DNA of 40,620 nucleotides from Octopus bimaculoides (GCF_001194135.2 NC_068998.1:2272617-2313236); one strand, 5' to 3'; positions 12,178 through 23,476 are shown, numbered from the stretch's first letter. Program-made: numbers and translations. The notes: a model not told the origin generated them from the letters alone.

Positions 12178-12372
12178 CTAATTCAGACACAAGGGCTGGA
12201 ATGTTGTGGAAGATGGTTAGTCATCCCGTCGCCTCTGGTACTTGACTGGTACTTTATTTTATTGACCACAAGAGAAGTGAAAAACAAAGTTGACCTCGGC
12301 CACGTTTAAACTTAAAACGTAAAAAGTGAGAAGTGCCTCTGAACATCTTGTCGAGCGAGGTGACGATGCTTT
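12178..12372 (-). mobile_element. SINE family B (Nin-type), degenerate
   Basis: CTGGTACTTTATTTTATTGACC...AAAGTTGACCTCGGC matches the reverse complement of the family B core. Confidence 0.6.
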
Positions 12373-12564
12373 GAATTTTGGAGCAGAACCAGTAATTTTT
12401 GAGGGGACGGGGCGAAGGAAATTCAACAACAACAACAACAACAACAATAATGATGATGACGTTTGTGATTGTGCGGGTGTATATGTGAGTGAGAGCGAGA
12501 ATACGTCTACGCGCGCGCGTGTGTGCGTGGATGTATGTTGATTTTCTATTCAAGGTATACATAC

Positions 12565-12589
12565 CTGTTAATTTTATTTTACCGGACAT
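12565..12589 (-). CDS. First coding exon (MSGKIKLT + G) of the uncharacterised gene ending at 10630
   Basis: ATG at 12589, donor ACAG|GTATGT (GT 12564-12563); the phase-1 G joins AT of the 11081 exon to give GAT (Asp) and restores the open frame. Confidence 0.65.
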
Positions 12590-13169
12590 CTTTCACAGCA
12601 AACGAATATTATAGGATTGCGCCGCAAAATACATGTACACGGATGTCACATAGTCATGCATGTATATACCTATCTACAGATTATGCGTATATATTCATTT
12701 ATATACATATATATATGTATACATCTGAATATATTTAAGGCTATTATTCTAAAGCGTGAAGATCAAGATGAAGAGAGAAGAGGAAAGATATAGCTTTAAA
12801 AAAATATTGAGAGAGAGAAATATAATTGAGAAATTTGGGCGCGAAGAGAGATTTCGAGTGTTGTGTTTTGTAGGTTTTTTTTTTTTTTTTACTCGATGGT
12901 CCCCATTGGTGCATTATTGATCGACATTGCTATTCGTAAGTTGATACTCTTCCGAATTGCCATAAGATCTATTATAATTTATATTAAGATTTATAATCAA
13001 TGTGGATCACAGCGAAAATAGGGTTTATTTTTGTTATGGTTACACTTCCGATTATTTATTGTCATAATGACGTCATACTCTAGAACTTTATTTTCCAGTT
13101 ACGTCGTCATCATTGTCGTTGTCGTTGTTTCTGTTAAAATCCACCGGCGCCAACTTTGCCTATCGTCCC

Positions 13170-13452
13170 TTTCGCGGGTCCTGCACTTTTCAATGTTATC
13201 CCAAAAGAAATTAAAAGTAGAAAAAGACCCTACAACTTTCAAACGATACCTGGACAAATTCCCCCAGGAGAACCACCTACACCTAGATAAGCCTCCGGAT
13301 AAACCACCTACACCTGGACATGCCTCAGCCAACAACAATTCTCTGCTCGAGTGGTCCATGGTGTCCCGAAATAATTAACTAAAAGACTTTTCCAGGTGGT
13401 GCTATTGAATTAGTCATGGCCTGGGCCGATGATGGCCGAAACCAATCTAAGT
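13170..13452 (+). mobile_element. 3' end of a CR1/L2-group LINE nested in a family B SINE (SINE halves at about 13125-13178 and 13453-13570)
   Basis: RGPALFNVIPKEIKVEKDPTTFKRYLDKF...PDKPPTPGHASANNNSLLEW resembles CR1-group RT C-termini; flanks carry the left (CAACTTTGCCTATCGTCC) and right (AAGTACCAG...CCCCAAATTTCAGACC...ATTATTATT) parts of the SINE. Confidence 0.6.
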
Positions 13453-13562
13453 TATGACAAAACAAGTACCAGCCAAAACCCTCGAACAGAAGGTTTCGAC
13501 TAACTCCGCTTCCCCTACTCCACCTGCCCCAAATTTCAGACCATGCGTATATAGTAGAGAGA

Positions 13563-13595
<33 letters not shown>

Positions 13596-15083
13596 AATAA
13601 TTCTGAGAATACACCTGTAGAAAAAAAAAGGTAATGTAAAAGGAGAAAGGGCTCTATACCCCTTTCTTATTTTTTCTGACCAGGCTCCCGTGGTTTTATG
13701 GGTTTTTCCACGTGTAACCTTTCCTTTTTCGAAGCGCCTCCCCCTTTGGGAGTTCTACTTATTTATTTATCTATTTATTTATCTATTTATTTATTATATC
13801 TTTCTCCGTTTTCTTCCTCTGTTTAGACGAACTTTCCTACCTTTTCGGACAAAACCTTTTGTAACCTNNNNNNNNNNNNNNNNNNNNNNNNNNNNNNNNN
13901 NNNNNNNNNNNNNNNNNNNNNNNNNNNNNNNNNNNNNNNNNNNNNNNNNNNNNNNNNNNNNNNNNNNNNNNNNNNNNNNNNNNNNNNNNNNNNNNNNNNN
14001 NNNNNNNNNNNNNNNNNNNNNNNNNNNNNNNNNNNNNNNNNNNNNNNNNNNNNNNNNNNNNNNNNNNNNNNNNNNNNNNNNNNNNNNNNNNNNNNNNNNN
14101 NNNNNNNNNNNNNNNNNNNNNNNNNNNNNNNNNNNNNNNNNNNNNNNNNNNNNNNNNNNNNNNNNNNNNNNNNNNNNNNNNNNNNNNNNNNNNNNNNNNN
14201 NNNNNNNNNNNNNNNNNNNNNNNNNNNNNNNNNNNNNNNNNNNNNNNNNNNNNNNNNNNNNNNNNNNNNNNNNNNNNNNNNNNNNNNNNNNNNNNNNNNN
14301 NNNNNNNNNNNNNNNNNNNNNNNNNNNNNNNNNNNNNNNNNNNNNNNNNNNNNNNNNNNNNNNNNNNNNNNNNNNNNNNNNNNNNNNNNNNNNNNNNNNN
14401 NNNNNNNNNNNNNNNNNNNNNNNNNNNNNNNNNNNNNNNNNNNNNNNNNNNNNNNNNNNNNNNNNNNNNNNNNNNNNNNNNNNNNNNNNNNNNNNNNNNN
14501 NNNNNNNNNNNNNNNNNNNNNNNNNNNNNNNNNNNNNNNNNNNNNNNNNNNNNNNNNNNNNNNNNNNNNNNNNNACAAACACACATATATATACATACCT
14601 ACGGATATACACGTGTGTGTGTGACAGAGTGCCTGAAATATATAAAATAATTAACTGTATTTGAAAGCCTTTTTAATGGTGTAGATTGAAATGATGTAAA
14701 AACGTGTTAACTGTTCTTTTAAGTAAAGAGAAAAATTTTTTTTGTCTCGTGGATGGCAGCGGGTAATCTTTCTGATCCATTTCATGATCATTTCCCCACT
14801 TCAGACAAAATGTGCCGCTCTTTCTCGGAGACCCAGAGAACTTTGAATCTAGATCACTAAATATAGCCGACGTTTATCAGGATACCTCATTATCAGCCAA
14901 CCTGATTTGCATACATGTGATGTATGCATACATACGTGCATATATATTTACATACATTTCTTATATATGTCAATGTGTGTGTAGAGAGAGACAGACAAAT
15001 AAGCAGAGAGAAAAGCGGAGTGGAGGAGAGAGACATTGCATCACAATTCCTTAAAGATTTGTTTGTGTGTATGTGTGTGTGTG

Positions 15084-15133
<50 letters not shown>

Positions 15134-15601
15134 TACAACTGGCTTCTTAAACATCCATTAAACTCGATTTCCGAAAGTCCTCTCACCACCCCCTCGGAAA
15201 AGATTTTACCCACAGAATTTTTTATAATCGTAATCTATGCCTTTTGAAAGGTATTTATATTAAATTTCATTTAAAAAAGACCCATTTTCCTAAAAGTTTA
15301 TGAGGGATAAACTCGGATCTTGTGAATTTTCTGAAGTCCTCTCCCCACCCCCACCCCGTTGCTTTGCGCGCATTTTTGTTTTCATATTCGTTTCATACAC
15401 ATTTTTTAACACCCGTTGCAATAATTTTTTTTCGTTTTCGGGTAATATTGTAAACATTAACCCGTGATTGTTTTGCGCATGCGTGTATGTTTGTGTGTTT
15501 GTGTGTATGTGTGAATGCAAGTTTTCTTCCGTGTATTTCTAGAGTGTATTTATGTAGCTACATGTCAGTCCGTCCGTCTGTCTGTCTGCTTTTCCATCTG
15601 T

Positions 15602-15640
<39 letters not shown>

Positions 15641-15937
15641 TATCTGATTGTCTGTTTGTCTGTCTGTCTGCTTGTCTGTGACCATCTTTGTCTGTCTGTC
15701 TGTGCATCTGTCTGTCTGTCTGTTGCTCTATGCAAAATGCACACACACTCACATACACACACATACATGCACACACAGGCACACACATACATGCACACAC
15801 TCACACAGAATTAGGTATGGAACAGCGAGGCAGGAACTGCAACACATATTCTCCATTTGATGAAGAATCGATTGAAACGGTTATTTATAGAACCAGAATA
15901 TTTTATAACCGTTATAGTTCGATGCTAAAATGCAGTT

Positions 15938-16009
15938 TCCCATGTGGTCTAGTGGTTAGGATTCCTGGCTCTCACCCAGGTGGCCCGGGTTCGATTCCCG
16001 GCGTGGGAA
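15938..16009 (+). tRNA. tRNA-Glu(CTC)
   Basis: 72 nt; acceptor stem TCCCATG/CGTGGGA, anticodon loop CT-CTC-AC, T-loop GGTTCGATTCC; T-run Pol III terminator from about 16019. Confidence 0.97.
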
Positions 16010-16710
16010 CGGGTTAACTTTTTTCTTTTTTTTTAAACCTTTGGCTTTTTAGTATATATATTTGATATTATATCATATTGTATATTGTATGTATGCACTC
16101 TCCCTCGGGTGTGTATATATTCTCTTAAGATTCATACTGGAATCAATTTATGAAATCGGTGATTCGTGTTGTTCGGTTCTTCACCATTAAATTTCACGAT
16201 CATCGTCATCATCACCAACACAACTAGCTTCATCAACGTCGTCATCACCACCACGATCTCCATTGTTGTCATCATTTCCTCAATCAGTATTGTCATCATC
16301 TTCACCATCATAACCGTCATCATTATCATCATATCATCATCATCATCACCATTATCATCGTTGTCATTATAAGCATCACCATCACCAGCATAATCATCAT
16401 CATCATCATGAACAACAACAATATCGAGCCAGCGATGAGGCCTCTGAGCGGTCACACTACTTGCTAGAAATAGCATGGAAATTTCCATCAAAAGTCTGTT
16501 GGGTATAGTCTAGAAAAAAGAAAAACAAAAGGGATGGTCTCCTCCGGAACGTCTTTGGTGATAAGCCAGCTGAGTACACGGAGGGATATATGTGATTATG
16601 TAGTCCTCGATTTTCATTCGTATTGGCAGATGGAGTTCAAAATTGAATTGAGCAACATATTCATATTTGTCGTCGTTTTTTTTTTTAAATATAAACCAAT
16701 ATTTTATCTA

Positions 16711-16792
16711 GGCTGTGAACAGGATTCGAACCTGTGCGGGAATAACCCATTGGATTTCAAGTCCAACGCCTTAACCACTCGGCCATCACAGC
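16711..16792 (-). tRNA. tRNA-Ser(TGA), variant with C73 discriminator
   Basis: 82 nt GCTGTGATGGCCGAGTGGTTAAGGCGTTGGACTTGAAATCCAATGGGTTATTCCCGCACAGGTTCGAATCCTGTTCACAGCC; long variable arm; nearest T4 is about 70 nt downstream. Confidence 0.9.
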
Positions 16793-16970
16793 AGCTCTGT
16801 AGAAACGGTTTCCTGAAAATATTTCTTATCTCGGCGACTTGACTACAAAGCGGAGTCGATGTTCTTTTTGTTTTTGAATTTGGTTTGCAAAAAAGAGTGA
16901 ACTTATGCGTTGAAACATATTTTCTTGCACCTCGGGAGGATCATTATGCCAATGATAAATATATACTCTG

Positions 16971-17270
16971 GTTCTGTTTCATTTATTTATTTGCTAATTG
17001 GTTAACTATTTAACTAATTGATTAATCGATTGTACGATAGATCGTTGGTCAATCAATCAGGTTTGTTAAAGTTCTTTCGTCACCATTTATGATCTCATCA
17101 ATGATATCCCCTTTCTACTTCAGATCTGTATAAAGCAAATGGCGATGAAAAGATTTTGACAAACCTAGCTGATTGATTGATTAACTGAACGATTGCTCAA
17201 ACAATCGATTAGTTAACTGGTTCAATAGTTAGCCAATTGACAAATAAATAATAAAAGAATAAAATAGAAC
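16971..17270. repeat. Imperfect long inverted repeat (arms about 16971-17088 and 17137-17270), foldback/MITE-like
   Basis: Left GTTCTGTTTCATTTATTTATTTGCTAATTGGTTAACTATT...GGTTTGTTAAAGTTCTTTCGTCACCATTT versus reverse complement of right GTTCTATTTTATTC...TATTTATTTGTCAATTGGCTAACTATT...GGTTTGTCAAAATCTTTTCATCGCCATTT. Confidence 0.8.
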
Positions 17271-17452
17271 TTACGTCTCTATTGATGTCGAATTAGGACA
17301 TCAAATCTAAAGATTTTGCAAAACACAGTAATTTGGTATGGTGAAATATTTTAACATAGGTTATGAAAGCTAAATGAAACAAAATCACTCATAATTTTCA
17401 AATGAATAAACTTCATTTTAGAAAACTAATAAAAAATAATATTTTCAATGAT

Positions 17453-17534
17453 CGCTGCGAACAGGATTCGAACCTGTGCGGGGAAATCCCATCGGATTTC
17501 GAGTCCAACGCCTTAACCGCTCGGCCATCACAGC
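17453..17534 (-). tRNA. tRNA-Ser(CGA)
   Basis: 82 nt, anticodon arm TTGGA-CT-CGA-AA-TCCGA, G73, T6 terminator about 17 nt downstream. Confidence 0.95.
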
Positions 17535-19261
17535 TCCGGCAGAAAGCTATCTTAAAGTATTTATTGATTTATTCAGTCCAGTAGATGAAGGTAAATGGAG
17601 AAATAATTTCGCTGAATTTCGAGGAAATATTGAACAAATTTCTTTTAAGGTTAATTGCTGTATCGCTTTACTTCGTGCTGAGAAGAATATTGACAAGATT
17701 TCAAATTTCAAGTCATCGTGTTTATTTTTCCATCAAGGTCGCCATAACAGCAGTAGTATTTCCCTCTTTTGACTTTCTTCATCCATAACTTCCTCTAAAA
17801 TGCACATTTTTATATTTTCACTGAAATTTTCCAGGGATGCGTTTTCGAGGATATAGAATAGGATTATGTTGATATAAAAAAAAAAAAGATCTAATATTAA
17901 TCGTGATCAACACCCTCGAATCATTTATATACCAACGTGGAATTTTAAACGAAGGGTGCGAAACTCTGCAGGAGAATCTCGTTGGCTCAACGACCTAAAC
18001 TCAACGATTTAAACACGCTGTCATCGCAGCTGCGGTTAAGTTACACATTTCTCGGAATACTTAATTTCTGTCTCTATATCCAGACAAGTAAATGGTGATA
18101 TACTTTTGCATTTCTTTGAATCTAAAAATAGTATAGGCGTAAGACATTGAATGTGAGCATTCATGTAGAACTACAATTAACAAAGCAGACAAAGGTTTAT
18201 TCCAAAATCCATCAGGACTTACGAAGACAGAGACACGGAATTGTGTCCATGCGTATATCAACAGAGGTAATTTATTTGAATAATATACAGTATTTTAAAT
18301 CCAGCTATCCATCTTATGCAACAGATATTTATTTCGAAGAGTTTAGTTGTGTAGATTGCAAGCGATATGAAAACATTCTATTCTCTTAAGAAAACAGAAA
18401 TATAGCTGGGGTGGAACCTTTTGCAGATATATTTTGGGAATGATTTTCCTCTCATCAGAGAAGATGCATTTTTATCTTTTAGTTTCTAAAGGAATATCTT
18501 TATTTTTAGTTTTGGCCATCACAGCTGCTGGCAGCACTAATTTCTTCAAATAACTATAAAAAGACGCATCTTATTCTTCAGTTACCCAGAGAATCATTAG
18601 TCTAAATTATTATCAGTTATTTTTCTCTTCATTTAAGAGAACACGAGGAAGTTCATATATCGTCTGCAATCTCCACGTGTGGAACTTTCAAATAAATAAC
18701 TATAAATCTACCCACATTATATACATTTCGAGTTTTCTGATTCACGGGGTAATAAATAAAAGATGGCAGAGTGTTACTGAGGGCGGAGAGCTGCCAGAAT
18801 CTCTTTCTGGATTTCACAAATTCTGCAGCAAAACAAACAAGGGAGGAACCAGGATGCATTTCAGACGAATTCTTTGTTGAGATTTTACTTTCCAAAAGGT
18901 GACATATGACAGTGCATTGCAACTTAGTTACACCAGATTCACTACAATCAACTTTGAAATTATTCTAAGAGAGAAATTAGCAAAATAAATAGTTAGCAGT
19001 TCTTTATTTTCTATTTTGATATCCCGAATTCATGTTTCCAATAAAATATTCCAATGGAAATGGAAAACAAGCAGCTATCGATAATTCCATAAATCGTCAC
19101 ATGCACGGTGAACGGCAAGAATCAAAACGATAGCTTCCGATTATATTCTTTATATTTCTGGTAGATTGGAACGTGAATATGTTAATTTAATATCCTTCGA
19201 CAACAACTATATCTGAAATAATTTTAAGACTCACGATAAAAGAAGCACCGAATGCTCACAT

Positions 19262-19343
19262 CGCTGTGAACAGGATTCGAACCTGTGCGGGAAACTCCCA
19301 TTGGATTTCAAGTCCAACGCCTTAACCACTCGGCCATCACAGC
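19262..19343 (-). tRNA. tRNA-Ser(TGA)
   Basis: 82 nt, anticodon arm TTGGA-CT-TGA-AA-TCCAA, G73, T4 about 21 nt downstream. Confidence 0.96.
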
Positions 19344-19882
19344 TGCTGACAAGAGTCGCTTACATTTGATTACTTAAATAAACAAACCTCATAAATCCAG
19401 GTGAATTGATTAAATTATTTAGTTCTTGTTGAGGTCAGTAATATAGGTGACGAAATGGCAGTCGCTGAGATAGTTTAATGTTATTAAAATAACATTATTT
19501 ATCTTCTGATTTCGACATCAAAACATATTTCTAACTTTAGCACTATTTACTTTGATAGTATATCTATCTCTTGTTTTATATTCTGATATATTTCTTTTCT
19601 GACCTTGATATTCTCATAAAATGTTTTAACAGACCACAGTTTACTGCCGTAGAGTTTGTCTCCTTTCTTGTTCTCTTTTTAGTTTGCATGTATGTATGTA
19701 TTATGTATGTGCGCGCGTGCGTGTGTGAGTTCGTGCGTAAATGTATGTATGGGTAGCTGATGGTTACAGAGAAAAAGACAAAACGTGGAGGGGGTAACTT
19801 AAAGGGAAATGTAAAGAATAACTAAAAGAGAAATATTGATAATTGAGCATACATGGAGAGAGAGCAAGGGGGAGAGAGAGAG

Positions 19883-19977
<95 letters not shown>

Positions 19978-20554
19978 GATGTGTGTGTGAGAGAGAGAGA
20001 GAGGACAGAGAGACATAAAAAGAAATAGATGCAGCAGTTGTTAGGTAGGTTCGTTGTATTGCTCGATGAAATGAAAAGAGCAGACGACATATGACGCAGT
20101 AAAATAGGAAGAGCAGACGATATCTTTAGTAATGAAAAGAGAAAGAAAGCAGACGATATATTACGCGACCAACAGATACGCGACTTCCGTTTCTCTGTTA
20201 GTGATATATTTATTGTATATCATGGTTTTAATGTTATAATATGCTTAAATAAACGTTAAATATATTGAAATACAGGAAATGTAGCGAAAGCCTGTAAATC
20301 TGGCATTTATTTTAAACCACAAGCAAGAGTTGGAAGGACTCATGGAGTTTTTTGAATTTCAGAATCATTTGTCTGTGCCAGAAAGAGATGAGCATTGTGG
20401 AAGAACACATAGAATGGCAAATTAGAGTTGCAAAAGAGAAGAAAAAAAATATTTAAAAAATAAAAGCTAGAATAAAATTATGATTTCTCTTCCAACAAAA
20501 TTTGGGGGATGTATGTTCTAATAATACATGGAAAAGTGGTTTTATTTATCAAGA

Positions 20555-20721
20555 TTACCACCAATTGATAGAAAATATTTCGTCAATTAAAATATCATGA
20601 TTTAGTAATGTATCTTCAATTTCATTGCACATTTCAAACGGTAAACACAGAAACACTTTGCACTTGCTTTTGTCCACCATTTGAAATGCGTTTTCCACAT
20701 CTTCTTTGTTTATTCGACAAT
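20555..20721 (-). CDS. OXNAD1: OXNAD1 terminal coding exon
   Basis: Acceptor TTCTTCTCTCCTTCAG|, phase 1; (H)CRINKEDVENAFQMVDKSKCKVFLCLPFEMCNEIEDTLLNHDILIDEIFSINWW*; the C-terminal WW and spacing match human OXNAD1 (recalled GRITEKEIR...FYICGPPPM...ICFEKWW). AATAAA at 20546-20541. Confidence 0.9.
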
Positions 20722-20810
20722 CTGAAGGAGAGAAGAACAAAAATTAAACAAAGAAAAATTAAAACTTAAATCAAAACAACACATGCGCGCGCACACACAC
20801 NNNNNNNNNN

Positions 20811-20866
<56 letters not shown>

Positions 20867-20916
20867 TACATACATACATACATACATACATGAGTGTGCG
20901 TGTTTTTATGTCTATG

Positions 20917-21085
20917 TTTGTCCCCCAACTCCTCTTGACAACCACTGTTGATATATTTAGATCCCATAACTTAACAGTTCAACAAAAGAGACCAATAGAA
21001 TAAGTACGAGGCTTTACAAAAAAAATTATAAACCCTGGAGTTGATTCGTTTGATTAAAACTCTTCAAAGCATGGCTGAAAAAAGT
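20917..21085 (+). mobile_element. Interspersed repeat body (SINE family D); a matching tRNA-like head fragment lies at about 21638-21687
   Basis: TTTGTCCCCCAAC...AAAAGAGACCAATAGAATAAGTAC recognised from recalled octopus repeats; no second copy in the window to confirm. Confidence 0.5.
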
Positions 21086-21114
21086 AAAAGAGAAAAAAAA
21101 AATTAAAACATTAC

Positions 21115-21205
21115 GTTTTATATTCGGTTCATTGAGTCTTTCTTGAGTCACAAAATATTGGCAGCTTATGTTTTGATGGTTTTTCTCGATTTCATCAAGT
21201 TTCTC
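21115..21205 (-). CDS. OXNAD1: OXNAD1 internal exon (91 nt)
   Basis: TCTCTTTCAACAG|GAG...AAA C|GTAATG; EKLDEIEKNHQNISCQYFVTQERLNEPNIK; phase 0 in and phase 1 out, compatible with neighbours. Confidence 0.9.
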
Positions 21206-21394
21206 CTGTTGAAAGAGAGAATATTTACATTGCACTGAAGCCAAATGGTGTAAGAGAGTCAACTAGAGAGCTTCTACACAGACACTCAATTATCTAGACA
21301 TAGCAAACTAATCTCCTTCAAATCACATGCTACAATGGAAGAAAAGGAAGGACACTGGTATCATTATATTATCAATATACATCTATTTGTCTGC

Positions 21395-21588
21395 CGTTAC
21401 GTTCTTTCATCTGCCATTACGTTGTGAGTTGAAATTCCACCAAGGTCAACTTTGCCTTTCATCCTTTCAGGGTTGATTAAATATGTACCAGTTACGCACT
21501 GGGGTTGATGTAATTTACTTAATAATCCTTTTTTCTGTCCTTGTTTATCCCCTCTATGTTCCGCCCCCTGTGGGCAATAAAGAAATAA
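21395..21588 (+). mobile_element. SINE family B (Nin-type)
   Basis: GAGTTGAAATTCCACCAAGGTCAACTTTGCCTTTCATCCTTTCAGGGTTGATTAAATATGTACCAG core; homologous copies elsewhere in the window. Confidence 0.8.
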
Positions 21589-21902
21589 ATATACATCTAT
21601 CTTTGTTTATCACAGTGGGGTTTGCTTCCAAAAGCATAAGCATGGCTGTGTGGTAAGAAGCTTGCTTCCTAACCACGAAGTTCCAGAAGTGGAATTACAG
21701 AGAGAAGTATTTCTGTTGGGTAAAGTCTGAGTAAAGTGTTTAGAATAAGGTCTGGAAAGGGACAGACATTAGGTATAACGAGTGGGAAAGAGGGAAGACT
21801 CTCAGATGAAATAGAAAAGATGGGTTATTCAGAGGTGCAGAGAAAGAAAGAGTAAAATTTTCAGCTTTTATCAGAAGTTACCTTCTGTTTTGCCAACATT
21901 AC

Positions 21903-22139
21903 CTTGTACAAAAGTTCTTGTTTTGTTTTTGAAGAATACATGAGGTGTACTTTTCCTGGTAGAAGTTTTTTGTCCACTGCAGAGGCTTCTCTCTCTATCA
22001 CCAAGTTGAGGATGCTATAAAGGGAATTCATACCAATTCCAGCCCCAATTAACAGTAGATCGTACTGGGAATCTTGTGGTTTAGGATCATAGAAAACTGT
22101 GCCACCAAACTCAATGAGAATCGTGTCACCAATTTTACA
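21903..22139 (-). CDS. OXNAD1: OXNAD1 internal exon (237 nt, NAD-binding region)
   Basis: TTTTTTAATCTCTCCAG|TGT...AAG|GTAATG; CKIGDTILIEFGGTVFYDPKPQDSQYDLLLIGAGIGMNSLYSIL...KVHLMYSSKTKQELLYK, aligning with human (recalled) [21 protein letters not shown]...LVLIAGGVGINPLLSIL...ELLFK. Confidence 0.95.
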
Positions 22140-22249
22140 CTGGAGAGATTAAAAAAGAAAACAGAAAAATATTAATAAATGAGCAAATTATTATCACAGA
22201 AGTTGCTATTGTTGTTGTTGTGGTGGTTATTATTTGTTTGTCAGTTGTT

Positions 22250-22630
22250 TGATCTTAACAAGTTGAGCATGTCCCTTGGTGGCTGACGATAAGTGCATCT
22301 CTGATCAGGAGCAGAAGTAGTTGGGGAACATCATAGCCATGTGTTGAGAGGAATTCTTTGGGGTTTGAATAATTCACCTCTGGAAACATGGGTGTTTTGT
22401 TTATCTTCCTAGCCTTATTCAGGGACCTTTTGAGTAGGATGGGCTACTCGACGTGAAGAAAATTCTAACTGGGCCCCACTTGCAAGGTCATGTACTGTTT
22501 ATCTTGATATGAAATCACCATGATGCACACACATGGTTGTGATGCATGTACCTATTGTACCCTTACCAGACGAGTAATCTTGATGTGTATATTGGGTTTC
22601 GTATATTTGTACCCCTGTGTCACTTTGACG
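22250..22630. mobile_element. Abundant interspersed repeat (probable retroposon)
   Basis: Recognised from recalled octopus repeats (GAAAATTCTAACTGGGCCCCAC...GCAAGGTCATG); no second copy in the window. Confidence 0.45.
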
Positions 22631-22706
22631 GCATGCACTGCTCTCTCACTAAATAATAATAATAATAATAATAACAATAATAATAATAGTTTCTTTAATC
22701 AAATAC

Positions 22707-22848
22707 CTTTTCATGAAACCAAAGTGTTGGAGCATGATCACTGTATTTTACAGCCAATTGAAGGATCCCTGTGTTAGAAAATTCTAAAGGGCTGTTGCAA
22801 ACGGTATAGCCTCCTAAGCGATTAATACTTGGAATATTGGTGTGCACC
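22707..22848 (-). CDS. OXNAD1: OXNAD1 internal exon (142 nt, FAD-binding region)
   Basis: TTTTTTTTTTAATCCAG|G GTG...AAG|GTATTT; (W)VHTNIPSINRLGGYTVCNSPLEFSNTGILQLAVKYSDHAPTLWFHEK versus human (recalled) [21 protein letters not shown]...IELAVKYTNHPPALWVH. Confidence 0.95.
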
Positions 22849-22962
22849 CTGGATTAAAAAAAAAAGGGAAACATCCTTTAAATAAAACATGCTTATTTTT
22901 TCTTACAACAAATGATACCTTACAGTAAGGTTATATATATATGTATATCATATATATATATA

Positions 22963-23257
22963 TGGCCGTTGCCAGTACCGCCTGACTGGCTCCTGTAGGA
23001 TTTTCGAGCGAGATCGTTGCCAGTGCCCCTGGACTGGCTTGTGCGGGTGGCACATAAAAGACACCATTTCGAGCGTGGCCGTTTTCGTGCGGGTGACACG
23101 TAAAAGCACCCACTACACTCTCTGAGTGGTTGGCGTTAGGAAGGGCATCCAGCTGTAGAAACTCTGCCAAATCAGACTGGAGCCTGGTGTTGCCATCCGG
23201 TTTCACCAGTCCTCAGTCAAATCGTCCAACCCATGCTAGCATGGAAAGCGGACGTTA
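22963..23257 (+). mobile_element. SINE-like repeat family C
   Basis: Contains GGTTGGCGTTAGGAAGGGCATCCAGC and ends CATGGAAAGCGGACGTTA; homologous copies at 23291, 28948, 29421, 30696 and 33375. Confidence 0.85.
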
Positions 23258-23290
23258 NNNNNNNNNNNNNNNNNTATATATATATATATA

Positions 23291-23476
23291 TCATCGTTTA
23301 ACGTCCACTTTCCATGCTACCATGGGTTGGACGATTTGACTGAGGACTGGTGAACCAGATGGCTACACCAGGCTCCAATCTGATTTGGCAGAGTTTCTAC
23401 AGCTGGATGCCCTTCCTAACGCCAACTACTCTGAGAGTATAGTGGGTGCTTTTACGTGTCACCGGCACGAAGGCCA
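23291..23476 (-). mobile_element. SINE-like repeat family C, inverted relative to 22963-23257
   Basis: Reverse complement of 23085-23257 with scattered substitutions. Confidence 0.85.

Noticed and set aside
12890-12940. Plus-strand GTAAGT donor near 12935, a possible divergent non-coding first exon head-to-head with the orphan gene
   Set aside because: A lone hexamer with no ORF or partner exon.
18016-18030. CGCTGTCATCGCAGC looks like the two ends of a tRNA-Ser gene joined after internal deletion
   Set aside because: Only 15 nt with mismatches; could easily be chance.
20077-20165. Three short direct repeats AGCAGACGA(C/T)AT spaced about 35 bp apart, superficially array-like
   Set aside because: Repeats are short and degenerate, in a eukaryotic context with no cas genes; best explained as a decayed minisatellite, not CRISPR.
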